A DNA stretch of 64,000 nucleotides, taken from NCBI GenBank assembly GCA_964035545.1, contig OZ037770.1:12514642-12578641 (forward strand), read 5' to 3'. Of this stretch, positions 12,590-25,800 are shown one piece after another (position 1 is the stretch's first letter; each line of letters begins with the position of its first letter). The notes below the pieces were generated by a model. It saw only the letters and a program-made list of their open reading frames with translations. It searched no databases and was not told where the DNA came from. The position numbers and the translations under genes were made by a program. Origin of the DNA: Bugula neritina. Lineage: Eukaryota; Animalia; Bryozoa.

Positions 12590-14283
12590 ACCAAAAAAAA
12601 TTGACACATGCTGTGGTACTTGATTTTAAGAACGCTTTTGACAACGAGCCTCATGCTCTACTAATGAAACTTTGAAACCAATACCAGAAATACATGTACA
12701 ACTGGCAAACTAGATTCAATATTTTTTGACACAAAAAACAAAACGTAGTTATTGAAAGAAAAATTTCCTAAAACTTAGAAGTTTTTATGTTGTGTCAAGT
12801 TGCGGTTATTATATTTAGGCTGTAAAGACTACACTTGGTTGAGAGCTAAAAACTATCTCTTTATTTGTAAATCTTAATCTTCTATATATGCAAAAGATGA
12901 CATCATACAGTTGCCAAACATTATCTGATTCATGCAGTAATAACAAACAATTCTATTGCATGCAGTAAACATTCAAAACACTACAAAAGTGACCTCAGGG
13001 GTTCCACAAGCCTCAGTCCTGGGTTCAACACTATTTTTAATATACATTAATGATCTCCCACTAAAGTTAAACCGCAATGTAAGCCTTTATGTTGATGATG
13101 CACCACTGTATCCGACTGTTGCCACAAAAGAAGACGCTGTAAGATTCCAGGACAACATTATTGCCATATACAAATAAGTCAGTTGATTGGAGAAAGCATT
13201 TCATCGAAGGTTAATGTAAAATCATAGCGTTTGGCAGTCAAAATTACAGGCCTCTGTACAAGCTAGGTAAGGTAGAGAGAGATTGGGTAGACACAACATA
13301 TTTGAGGGTTGTAATGCAGTCAAATCTTAAATTTTATCAATTCATTGTAAGGGTTTGTAGACCAATCAGAAGCTTATGCAACTCTCGGGTTATGCATTAT
13401 TCCAGCGTAATCACAGAGTTAATCATGATGATACACTACACTACCTTCCAACCCAATCACAATGATACGCTACACTACGTCACTTTCCATTGTATTGGCT
13501 AGTGATCACCCCCCCCCCCCCGCCACAGCATTGGCTAATGATCACTTGATCATTCTTGTATTGCAACAGCTGCGCATGTATCAAAAGACCATAATGCGCC
13601 AACCCCACGTTGTCTTAGAGTGGAGCCGTTGTCTTAGAGTGGAGCCGGCTTAGTTAAGTAGCTTGTGCTATTACTAGTAATTATGTAACTCTTTTTCTCT
13701 TATGCCATTTTATTACTCTTGTATAATTCATACTCAATAAATATTATCTATACTGGCTACTCTTGGATTGTCAATCTGCATCGCATCTAGTTTTAATTAC
13801 CCACACATTGTGAACCTTATAATACACAACAATATCCGACTTAAAAAAAGATAAGGCCTCAAAAACTCTGAGAACAATTAAACACGTTCTACATGAGGCC
13901 CCCAGAGAAGGTAAGCTACTGGCTTACACCGGTCTGTGCTGTCCCATTCTCGAGTACGCAGATATCATGTGGGATCCAACATTAGCTAAAGACATTGAGT
14001 CTATGAAAATGTTACAGCACAAGGCAGTGAGGTTCATTGCTGGATTAAAGGGGCGAGAAAGTGTCACCGGGGCATGCTCTCAGCTTGGCCTTCAGCCTCT
14101 CAAACATTGACGCAAGTTTCACCAACTTAATCTCCTGATGAAAATACTGCAGGAAGAACAGCACCCAATATTGGTAACGGCATACGATGAAATCACAGGA
14201 GATCGCTAGAAGATGTCAATAATCACTAGGTTTGCTGTCCACGGTGAGCTAACATCCATTTATGCAAACTCACAAGTATACCA
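12590..14283 (+). mobile_element. Degenerate LINE RT fragment interrupted by insertions
   Basis: VLDFKNAFD, SGVPQASVLGSTLFLIYINDLP, LYVDD and ILEYADIMWDP. Similar to the LINE at 18010-19850. Confidence 0.8.
13346..13821 (+). mobile_element. Probable solo LTR inserted in the LINE
   Basis: Inverted termini TGTAAGGGTT...AACCTTATA, an internal AATAAA and a short internal tandem duplication. It interrupts LINE coding sequence. Confidence 0.5.
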
Positions 14284-14440
14284 TGTTGTGTTGTTTGACT
14301 CGCTATTATTCACCGCAAGACTCGTTGAACTCGGGGTTTTTCCTGCTAGCTAGAATTGAAATAAATCATGATAATTATCAGCTTAGACTCAATCTAACGT
14401 TGTTGTACTCTTACGCATCAATCACACATGGTGACAGCAG

Positions 14441-14877
14441 TTAAAAAAGTTCAGGCAACAGAGTGGCTTTGTGTCGTTGGTTGTAGTTATTCATGGTCCT
14501 TAGATTCATGTGTTGTTCCTTATCTGCAATGTTTGGTGGTTTGTGAACCACTCGGGTTTCAGGCATTGAGGGTAGAGTAGTTCGAATTAGCCTGTTTATC
14601 AAGAGTTCTGAAGGAGTAAACCCATTTTCGAGTGAAGCAGGCTTAGGTATGGATCTGTAGTTTTGCTCCACAGATGCTTTACTGTTCCTACTGCTCTCTC
14701 AGCTTCGCCATTGGCTTTTGGATATTTTGGAGAGCTGGTCATGTGTTGAAAACCATAAATCTTGGCAAATTCTTGGAACTCCCTAGAGCTGAACTGAGGT
14801 CCATTGTCAGAAATGACTACCTCGGGAATCCCATGTGTTGAGAAGATGGATTTTAACAGCTTCTTACCAAAAACCAT
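14441..14877 (-). mobile_element. Gypsy/Ty3 integrase fragment (frameshifted)
   Basis: FSTHGIPEVVISDNGPQFSSREFQEF...HMTSSPKYPKANGEAERAV; GFTPSELL..R.IRTTLP. Confidence 0.9.
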
Positions 14878-15020
14878 TAGACACCAGAGGGTTCAGATAA
14901 AAAAATCAACACAATTACCACCTAACCTCTAGCCCACACTGTAAAAGCAAATGAGGCACTTCTAAAACCTTGAGTGTTTCCAAGTGTTCCATGTCTTCTG
15001 AGGTATTCAAAGGCATGACT

Positions 15021-16679
15021 ATAATGCCCATGACACACTACAGTCGAAACTCGACTGTGGCGGCCATTTTGGAGCTGCTCGCGCATGCCTTCAACGTCAC
15101 ATCCTACTTTTTGCTGGTCACACTACAGTTCACTACAAACGATGAAAGCTAACTGTCTCTAGTCTCGCAGTAAACTTTTAAACCAATAGGAATGCCATAT
15201 CTCAGTTTTTGCAGTATCCACAGTAACCAGCAATCAAATTTATCGCAATTTTTTGAGATTTACTAGCATAATTTAATAAGATTTACTAGTTATTTTTATT
15301 CTAATTGACTAGCTTAAATTATTCGAAATTACTAGCTTTATTCAATGAGATTACCTAGCTTTATTCAAGCTCATTCACTAGCCTAAAGAACTAACTGCTC
15401 TAATAAAATTCAATCAAATTAGAAAAACTAAATATTATGCAGATAAAATTTAGCAAAATTTATCTAATAAATACTTATTTTCATGATTTATTAAGATTTT
15501 CATGCATAACTTCATCATAATTATTTTAAAAGTAAAATAATATAATTTTCGAAGAACCAAATCAAATAATAATGCTCGCTAGTAGCACGTGGAAAAAGTA
15601 AAAGCACTTAACCAATCAGAATTTACCTGGCCAGTCAGTGATTGGCTGATCGCTCAACTTCAGCGATGACAGTTCGACATGTCGAGCTTTCATCGCATCG
15701 CTAAAAACTAACAGTTGCGTTCAGAAATCAGACAGTTGTGGCGTCACAGAGGTCATCGCTTAGCCTCGAAAACGCGTTCAAGATGACCGTTTCGACTGTA
15801 GTGTGGCAGCCCCATAATGCCCATGACACACTACAGCCGAAACTCGACTGTGGCGGCCATTTTGAAGCTGCTCGCGCATACCTTCAACGTCACGTCCTAC
15901 TTTTTGCTGGTCACACTACAGTTCACTACAAACGATGAAAGCTAACTGTCTCTAGCCCCGCAGTGAACTTTTAACCAATAGGAATGCCATAACTCAGTTT
16001 CTGCAGTATCCACAGTAACCAACAATCAAATTTAGCGCAATTTATTGAAAATTACTAGCATAATTTTATAAGATTTACTAGTTATTTTTATTCTAATTTA
16101 CTAGCTTCAATTATTCAAAATTACTAGCTTTATTTAATGAGATTACCTAGCTTTATTCAAGCTCATTCACTAGCCTAAAGAACTAAATAGTACGCTAATA
16201 AAATTCAATCCAATTAGGAAAACTAAATATGCAGATAAAATTCAGCAAAATTTATCTAATAAATACTTATTTTCATAATTTATTGAAACTTTCATACATA
16301 ACTTCATCATAATTATTTTAAAAGTAAAATAATATAATTTTCGAAGAACCAAATCAAATAATAATGCTCGCTAGTAGCACGTGGAAAAAGTAAAAGCACT
16401 TAACCAATCAGGGTTTACCTGGCCAGTCAGTGATTGGCTGATCGCTCAACTTCAGCGATGACAGTTCGACATGTCGAGCTTTCATCGCATCGCTAAAAAC
16501 TGACAGTTGCGTTCAGAAAGCAGACAGTTGTGACGTCACAGAGGTCAACGCTTAGCCTCGAAAACGCGTTCAAGATGGCCGTTTTGACTGTAGTGTGGCA
16601 GCCCTATCACAGAGGTCATCGCTTAGCCTCGAAAACGCGTTCAAGATGGCTTTTCGACTGTAGTGTGGCAGCCCCATAA
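15021..16679. mobile_element. Head-to-tail tandem dimer of a ~0.79-kb non-coding element with subterminal inverted repeats, plus a duplicated ~70-bp right end
   Basis: Units are ~15021-15813 and ~15814-16604. A 17-bp inverted repeat CACACTACAGTCGAAAC (15034) / GTTTCGACTGTAGTGTG (15789) sits inside the ends. ATAA occurs at the left end, the junction and the right end. Confidence 0.8.
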
Positions 16680-18000
16680 CACTATTACTATGTCTATTTA
16701 GTATTAAAATTCATGATTATGATCGATGCAATAGACATAGTTAATGTTATACTAATACTAATACTGATATTTATAAGTTTTAATAATAATATCAATAGAA
16801 ATAGTAATACTAATAGTAATATTAAGAGTAAGTCTAATGGACTTGGAGTAATACCATTACTGATTACTTATTACATTTAGTTTTACCTACGGCTACTGTA
16901 AAACTAAAAGTAAAACTAAAAACTAAAAGTAAAAGTAAAATATGTTGAATATGTCGGTATTTACATTTTACTTTTAGCAGCTTAAATCAAAAATAAATAT
17001 TTAATGTCAAGCTATTTCGAGATTATAATTTGGCTACAATAATAAATAAATATTAATGTGATATCCTAATAAAAAATTGTTACTGTGGGTAAAAATGGGC
17101 AGATTGAAACCGCGTATTATCATTATGCGCAATAAGTGGACTTCTAACTGCGCAATAGGTGCAAAGATACACGTTAGTTTGATGAGTGGTCTAGCCTCAG
17201 TGCTCAGATAAAATTAATTTGCTTGGCCTACATCAAGCCAGTGTGGTATATTAAATATACCACACTGCATCAAGCAAACTTCGTTTTGATAATATCACTT
17301 ATCAGCAAATGCGCTTGATTGATGTACTTGTAACACCGCGTCAATTTTCTTTGTTTATTTTTTTCATGCTCAATCAGAGACGATTTTCAATATCTTCACT
17401 AGAGACTCGGTAGTTAGTAGAGTGATCTCATTATTGACTTTAAGTTTTAACCCTTTGGTGACGATCATCATCATGATGTTTCTATGATTTTTAGCTTAAA
17501 ATGTTTGCTTAAATTTTGTTAGCTAAAATATATATAAAACGTGCAGTTTTTACAATTATTATGATATCTACAGTGAGTGAGTTTAAGTTTATGTTTGCTT
17601 ACTAAGTCTAAATAGTAAATTAGTAATACTAATAGTAATACTAATATTAATACTAATAGTTTTACTTATAATAAGTAATACTAATATTAATAATAATAAT
17701 ACTAATACTAAAAGTGAAACTAATACTCAGTAAATGTAATACTAATAGTAATAGTAATAGACATAGTTATAGTAATAGATTAACTATTACTATTAGTATT
17801 AGTATTACTATTAGTATTAGTACCAGTTATACTTATACTTATAAGTTATAGTAATAGTATAATAACTAAAGAGTAATTTAGTATAACTGTATCATTAACC
17901 TATAAGTTATAAGTATTGGTTTAACAGTAACTGAAAGTGAATAAGCTTATAAATGATAAGAAATCATTATCAGTATGAGTATGAGACTGAGTATTTAATT
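16680..18000. repeat. AT-rich low-complexity (TAA/TAC/TAG) tracts
   Basis: Degenerate AGTAATACTAAT repeats. A similar tract lies at ~20550-21230. Confidence 0.7.
17239..17267. mobile_element. 29-bp TIR-only transposon remnant with 8-bp TSD
   Basis: CATCAAGC-[CAGTGTGGTATATT A AATATACCACACTG]-CATCAAGC. Confidence 0.8.
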
Positions 18001-18009
18001 CAATCATGA

Positions 18010-19850
18010 TTTTACAAATATTTGAAAGGCTCTACAAAATCACATAACCTAATTAAGCTTGCTATGCAAAATGGTACTCTCACATCAGACCCAAAGAAGT
18101 GTGCTGATATGTTCAACAGTTTCTTCTACCAACAATTTACCACATCTCATCAACTTCCCATGCTCGACTATGAAGCAGCGAATGAAGTGCCTGGTGTATC
18201 TCTCTCGGGGGTAGCTCAACAAACCAAAAACTTGAAATCTGGCAAAGCTCTAGGTCCTGATGGTTTCGGGAAAGCTGATTTGAGCATAGATATTGAACTT
18301 ACCACTGCATGCTTGAGTAGGACTTTTCAAGTCTCCCTTCAAACTGGGTAACTTCCATTAGACTGGTAAAAAGCTAATGTGTCGCCACTCCACAAATCAG
18401 GAACTACGGTCAGTGTCAATTACTACCGCCCAATATCCTTGACCAGCATTCCTTAAAAGATTTTAGAGCACATCGTCCTGAGAAACCTGCTCGAAAAGAT
18501 TGACACAAAGCTTAACAACAGGCAGCATGGTTGCAGAAGAGGCCTCTCCTGTGAGACGCAGATCTGTGCAACTATGCATGACATCTTGTACGCTATCAAT
18601 AACCAAAAGACTGTCCATGCTGCTGTGCTAGACTTTACCAAGACATTTGATCGGGTTCCACATGTACTTCTGTTACAGAAGCTTTCGCAATTTGCCGATG
18701 TTGACAATTATCTCGTAAGTTAGGTTCACAACTTTCTTGCAGACAGAAAGCAGCGTGTTGTATTACAAGGCTGCAGCTCGGATCCAAAGCCAGTTTGCTC
18801 AGGTGTACCACAGGGATCAGTGTTGGGGCCGGTACTTTTTCTAGTCTTTATAAATGATTTTCCTGAGTGTCTCAATTGCTCTTATGCTCTTTTTGCCGAT
18901 GACACACTTGTTTACCAAGAAATTTCCTCATCTGAAAGCTGTAAGAGATTTCAGTGCAACCTGCACTCTCTTGGTACTTGGGCGTATAAGTGGGAAATGT
19001 CATTTAACATATCCAAAATCAAGATAATCAGCTTTAACCCTAAGACCGATACTCCCCAATACAAGCTTATTGAATCAGTGTTGGATCATGTTGACTCAAC
19101 AAAATACTTTGGTGTGACATTGCAATCAGACTGTAAATTTGACCAACACATCCTAAAAAATGTTCTTGTTGCAAAAAGACAATTAGGTATGATAAAACAT
19201 GCATTCTACTGGGCCCCCAAAAGAGCAAAGCTTATTGCCTACAAAGCCCCCTGTCTCCCACACTCGGAATATGCCAGCGCAGCCTGGGACCCATCCAGCA
19301 AAAATCATATAAGTATAATGGAGAATGTACAAACAGATGCTGTGCGTTTTATCTCTAACAGCAAAGGAAGAACTGATATTGGGGAGGAGATTAAAAAATG
19401 TGTTTAGAGCCGTTTGATTTAAGGAGGAAAAGTCGACGCATCAGCCTTCTCCTGAAAATATTGTCTAAAAAAGAACAACATCCAACTCTGAGTGCTGCCT
19501 ATGATGATTTTCTGGATCAGCGGACCACAAGCACTGCACAGACTCGGTCTCAGGTTTTAGGACTTCCCAGATCAGTGAGAGCAAACAAGAATGGATATCT
19601 TTATAGTTTTCTCCAAAGAACGATAAGATATATGAGGATCAGCACTGATTGAATGACTTCCAGAGCAGTTCATAACTGTAAATCACACAGACAGGCTAGT
19701 TAGCCTGCTAAGTTAATCGGCACAAGAATGTTAACACTTTTTAGACTACTGTCCAAGTTCTGACAACTTGGTTTTTTATATGCAGCACACCCCTTCTTCC
19801 CTCTAGGGAGGTTCAGTATGGAGATAACATCGACAAGTATCGGCAGGTAT
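18010..19850 (+). mobile_element. 5'-truncated degenerate LINE RT
   Basis: KALGPDG, YRPISLTSIP, QHGCRRGLSCETQ, LDFTKTFDRVPH, GVPQGSVLGPVLFLVFINDF and LFADDT, with in-frame stops and frameshifts. Confidence 0.9.
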
Positions 19851-19902
19851 TACTATAATGAATAATCATATTTTTAAAAAATTTTTTGTTTGGAATCCTG
19901 AA

Positions 19903-19975
19903 GGCCTTGTAGCGTAATTGGTTAGCGTGCCTGCTTGCAAGCTGTAGGTCTGTGGTTTCGTGTCCCGATGGGGGC
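19903..19975 (+). mobile_element. tRNA-derived SINE head or tRNA pseudogene
   Basis: A-box TAGCGTAATTGG and a degenerate B-box GGTTTCGTGTCCC. The acceptor stem does not pair well. Confidence 0.5.
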
Positions 19976-20007
19976 AATTATTTGACATCTTTTTTATCTA
20001 CCTAAAT

Positions 20008-20450
20008 ATCCCACATAGACGCTTCCTAGTTAGACGATATTAGTATTAGTAGTTTTTATTTGGTACCATAATAATGTATATAACTATTGTATTGATTGCT
20101 AAATAGCTAATACGTTAATAGCTATAATAGCTGATATAAATAAAGTATCTGGAATAATAACCCACTTTTTTAGATTTTGTGTGGCAAAAAACAGTAATAC
20201 ATTAATAATAGATATTACTTTTAATGAATACTTATTACCAAAATATTTTTTACAGAACAGTTAGTATAGAATATGCAAAATTAATAAGTTGATGCAGATC
20301 AAAAAAATTTATTTATGTGCTAAATAGCAAACAATTGATCCAAGTTTATTTAAATATACATATATTTCAATAATATTCAAATAAAGTGCATTTGCAATAT
20401 ATATTGTACCAAAATAAATAGTGACTATCTGAGAAGCGTCTATGTGGAAT
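20008..20450. mobile_element. MITE
   Basis: Imperfect TIRs ATCCCACATAGACGCTTC / GAAGCGTCTATGTGGAAT. A second copy lies at ~4500-4980. Confidence 0.75.
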
Positions 20451-21869
20451 GACACCTAAATATCAATATGAATATAACATTAAATATAAATTTAAAATTT
20501 ATATCATTATCTAATTCTATATTTGATTTCATATTCATATTGATAAACTAATTAGCAAACTAATTTTAAATTACTAATTATTACTAGTTACTATTACCGT
20601 TAGTATTACTTACTAATAGTAATACTAATAGTATTTTACTATTACATTTTGATTTACTTTTACTTTTAGTTTTACTATTAGTATTACTATTAGTATTGGT
20701 ATTGGTATAACTTATAAGCTACGTACAGGTATTGAGACTATAAGTATAAGTGTTATTATTACTATTACTATAACTTATAGTTATACTTATAGTATTAATT
20801 ATATTTATAATTATAAGTTAAAGGTTAAAGCTATCAGTATCAGTGTATTATTATTAGTATTACATCAACATGTACTAGTAAAATTATTATTACTATCTGA
20901 AACTCAATCTGTGCTTATCCTAGACTAATTAGTTATTAGTAATTGTTGTTTATTATCATAGTTTTGACTACAAATATTATTGCTAGTGGTATTATTAATT
21001 GCTACTAGCAGTAGTACTAGTACTATAGTTCTGTAAGTCAATAATTATTTGATAATGTTAATATGTTAACAAATATAATAGAGTGATACTGGTGAAATTA
21101 AATTTAATAATTAGGATGAATAGTTATGATGGCAATAAACATAATAGTATTATTGATTTATAATTATAAAATATAAATCATAATCATTTTTGTTGGTATG
21201 AGTATTATATATTTTATTTATGATAACAATAATAGTGTAATGGGGTTTTTGTCGTTTTGTATACAAACTACTGTACGCAAAATGAATAATGAATTAACCT
21301 CAAAGCATAAACCCCAAACCTAAACAATAAATAAAAAAATATATATTTTAGTTAATTTATATTGATGTGTACGAAATGACCTGAAAAAGTGTGTACGAAA
21401 TTACCTGCATTCAATACCATGCATTCTAAGCATTTCACAATCTCAGTATTGGTAGATTGAGATTGAGTCTACTAGTTATTATTTGTATCATAATACCTTA
21501 TAAGTTGAAATTACTGAAAAGTTTATTGTTTAATTATTAAATTTCAAGACTGAAGTGCTGTGGCAGACAGTGCAAGAGTAATATTGTAATAGCCAGCTCT
21601 GTAATTGATGGACAGGCATTTCAGATTTTCAGCTCCTTGTTCTTCTGTAGTTAATTTAAATCCTTAACTTGTAAAAGTGTTGCAATTGCATTGTTTATCT
21701 TTTAAAGGATTGCTCTATCTTAGTTTATTACAATCACATTATAATTATGAACTATAATCTAATGTGTATGCAAACAATTGTGACTTTGCAAAGGGATATA
21801 TGCCTAGAAAACAGCTTTTCAAAATTCCAGTTTTGAGGGAGGTAAAATTTTCAGCCATGAAAAAGAATA

Positions 21870-22330
21870 GCCTAATACGTGACGTGTGAACGCCAGTAAC
21901 TATGCTGCACGTGCTAACTATAACGCTAGTATTCAAGGTTGCTTAGCGCAACATCAACCAATAACGCTCAAGCAGTTACAGTGCGCTATATAGGTCAGCT
22001 TTGGTGCGCCCGTAATATTGCACAATCTGACCTAGTTTAGATCGATCGCAGGCATTCATCCTAAAGAATGCATGTTTTTGCAATGCTTTTTTCTATGTTT
22101 ACAAGCAAAATATGGCCTAATGTTATTACATACATGTTATTTAACATGTCAAAAAACTATAGATTGAGATTATTCACATTTGCACTTCTATAAATATACA
22201 AATTACGGGCTGAAAGATCACATCTCACAGTCATATTTCTATAGTTATTCCTTTGTATAGTCACGTGACCAGCAGGAATGCTGGCGCTGTTACGTCACAT
22301 TTCCCAGCTCATTTCAAAATCGGCGTTTTG
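21870..22330. promoter_or_regulatory. Candidate promoter region upstream of the plus-strand IAP
   Basis: Locally CpG-richer island with GTCACGTGAC (22260-22269), TTACGTCA (22290-22297), a further CACGTG and a CCAAT, ~0.55-1 kb upstream of ATG 22878. Confidence 0.35.
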
Positions 22331-22877
22331 GCTGTTACCAATCTACACCCTCAACTTCAACTAACTTTTTCTATCTTTGGTCAAATGCTTTTTGTCAATG
22401 CATGCTTAGAAAAACACAATATTATGTGTGTTTGACCTAAATGGCCATTTACTAGACAAGATAGAGCAATCCTTTAACTCCTTTTAATTTTCTTCACTAG
22501 CATGTAATTATCATATATACACTACAACTGTGTGGGCTACCCTTGTCATGCAATCATTTAGAATTTTTTCTAATAACTTGAGTTGTTTAATAACCATTTA
22601 TACCAGCTTAAATAGTATCACATATGCTGCCCCTTCTCCCCTAAGACACAAAAAGCACCACCCTCAGCTATAATATAAACTGTGCATTCAATAGTAATGA
22701 GTATTCTATTCTACTGAGGTAATCTATATACTAAACACTCTTCTACAGTTCTGATAAAGCATATATATGAAGTGAAGCAGGCTAAACTTATTACTGGTGT
22801 TCAACAGTAGCAAAAAAGCATAAGCCTTCACATTTTTGCTGCAGATAATTGGAAAAACCTTGTGGTTTACTGTGAAT

Positions 22878-25800
22878 ATGGCTGATGTCCATGAAAAACC
22901 AATCACAAACTTTGTGTTAACTGGAAAGGAAGCAAGTGGTGATGGTCTATGTATGTCAGTACCTAGTACTTCTAGATGCGAGTTTACAGCTCCTTCTCTG
23001 AGTACTCTCATAGATTTTGTTGAGATTTTGTCATGTAAGTCTGTTTTATGCTATGAATTTTCCTACGTACAATATTATTGTCAAAATGATCGTATGTGAA
23101 GATAAAAAAACAGTTTTTTCAGCCTTTCTATGAGTAAATTAACATTGAAAAGCAAATTATTCAAAAGTTTTTTTCACAAATTTAATCACGTCATACGTTC
23201 ATACTAGTCTGTGCAATAGTATAGCATCCATTGCTTATTTGTGTTTTCTGCTAGTATGTAATGTAATGTTTGTTACTGCAGATGATGTAACAAATATAAT
23301 GTTAAATAGTCTTGCTGCTTTTCTATTGTTGCACAAACTGTTAATTTTTCAGACCTGTATTCTCAAGAAATACTAAGTAAGTTAAAGAATCCAAGAGGCA
23401 CAGCTAACCAAGATGACTGTCTGCCTGCAACACGTGATGAATCAAAGGTATGGTAGAATTCTCCCATGAGACACCTTTTTAGGGTATCTGGAAACTTACC
23501 TACTGTTTCATATGACATTAATCATGGAAATTCCTTTTATAACAAGTTGTTTTTTATAGAAGCATGGCTCTGGTGGAAAAGCTTCTGCTGATGGTTAGTG
23601 ATTTTCTATTTTATATAATTAAAAGTGCCATGCTATTTGATGGAAGTGGAATTGTTGCTGATTTCTGAGATTTGGCTGCTGTTTAAGTAAAAACTTGTAC
23701 AGTCTCAGATGTACTCCTTTGCTCTAGTACTTTAGACAGGCGTTTTAGTTCTCAAGTTTATTAAACTTAGACTGGAACCCAGAAGACTTTAGTCAGCTGG
23801 TCATACGTTGCAAAGCTACATAATTGCATTCATGTGTCATTGAAATATGCTAAATTATTGTTAATAGTAGCCAGAAATGACATGGGGCAACAGATTTTAA
23901 TTTTCATATATGTTGTTGGCAGTCTCAATCAAGACATATTTGGGTAGAATACTCAAGTTTTCAATGTAAAAGCCGAGCCATAGTACATTGTAAAAATCAC
24001 TATGGTAGATGAGTTTGCTTTTAGGTTGCGTTGAAACACGCGAAACCGAAACGTTCAAAGTAGTTCTAAATGAGCTAAGATCAGACCATGAATATCTGAA
24101 ACCTCTGCCCATTGAGATCTCACCTTACACATTCCTCCTATGTCTTAATAATCATGCACCTTTTCCCCTTTTGGCTCTGCCGAAAAAGTTCGGTGAGTTT
24201 ATTCTTCATTTGCATGGATTTATGTCTGAATTTCCAAAGAAAAAAGATATAACTCTGACAGTTTTTATGATTGCATGTTTGACATTTTGGGATTTGCTTT
24301 TAGTTAAGGCTGGCAAGACCTTTCAGGTGAGTTTCTGTACTTTTCTGAGAGGTTTTGCTTCCAAATTATAACTTTGCCTTTGAAGGAAAATCTGCTGGTT
24401 AGTTGACCTATTTGTGAAATGGTGGTGAGAAAGATATACTTGTGTAATAATGTCTAACTTGATAAAGAATAAATATACGTATTTCATCAAATGAATCAAT
24501 TTTCAGGGGCTGGTCCCGCACACGATACGGATGAGCTTCAAGAAGTTCTTAAAGGACTAAACTCGGACTACTTGTGTGAGAATGCTGAGAAAGATTTGTA
24601 TGTTCTGTCAATTTCTTGCACCTGTCTGTAGATACTGATGAGCTACAGGAAATCCTAAAGGAACTAAACTCAAACTACAGATATCTGAGACCTCCACCCA
24701 CTGAGATATTTTGTTACACGATCCCTCGCTATCCTAATAACCACAATCCTCTACTTCCTCTGGCTCTGCAGAAAAAGCTCGGTGAGCTAACACTTTATCA
24801 TGTGATTTGGTTTCTTTCAGTTGAAATGGGAATAAAAATAAAATAAATTAATTCTTTATTGTTGGCTGTGTTTTATTTATCAGCTGTGTTAGTTGTACAG
24901 GTAACTGTTTTATTGGCCATGTTATGATAATTAGGTAAAGGAAACTAGCTAACTAGTGATAAATATATTGTATAATAATACAGTTAGATAAAGTATCAAC
25001 CCTGTCCTGCTACTGTAGATGAAATGGCTCCAAGAGAGTTTCTAACTTACGTACTGAAAGAGTTGACTCTAGAAGAAAGAGAATCACTGATGGTGGATGA
25101 GAGACAAAGAAGAAAGAGTTTCCTCGTTAACTGGCCTCATACTAATAACCTTTCTGGCGTGAAGATGGCTCAGGCTGGCTTTTATTGTGTTGGTGGGTTT
25201 CACAATGCGTGAGGCACTTCAGTTGCTTTTTTTTCTGTGTTTTATTTGACTTTTATGATGCCTTCACTTAGTTGGAAATGTTTCTATTATTCTGTTTGTA
25301 CAGACAACTATGACAGAGTGCAGTGTGTATTCTGCCGGGGAAGTCTCCATCACTGGGAGCGAGACGACAACCCAATGACTGAGCATGCTCGGTCCTTCAA
25401 CTTCTGCCGATTTGTCAAAGGACTGGAATGTGATAACAGAGAGTACAAGGGTAACTTTATTAAGCCCTATAAACTGAAGAATATCAATTTCTATGGAGAA
25501 CCACCAGGTAATAGAAGTATTTTTTTGTAAAAATATTACGAAAATTGCTTCAAATCTGTTATAAAATTAAGGGATGAAGTTTTTCCTAATTGCCAAGTTC
25601 TATACTCTTCTTTCTCAAAGTAAAATTTAAGACTGCAAGATTTAAACTACAATTATCAAGGATAATGGATGATTTTTTGTATGAGTTATACAATATTTCT
25701 AATATTTGCATCATTTGAATGTAATAATAGCACTAAACCTTCAACATACTCCACACAAAATGTATGTTTCTTCAATAACAAGAAAAAATAAGCAATCATT

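Noticed and set aside
12788-12985. Second solo LTR inside the LINE
   Set aside because: It is clearly an interruption with TG...CA-like ends, but I could not define a TSD or firm boundaries.
19903-19975. Functional tRNA gene
   Set aside because: The acceptor and T stems pair poorly, so it is better explained as a SINE head.
24304-24326. Micro-exon with good splice signals in the IAP leader
   Set aside because: Its 23-nt length breaks phase with the neighbouring exons. It cannot be supported without transcripts, so I left it out of the model.
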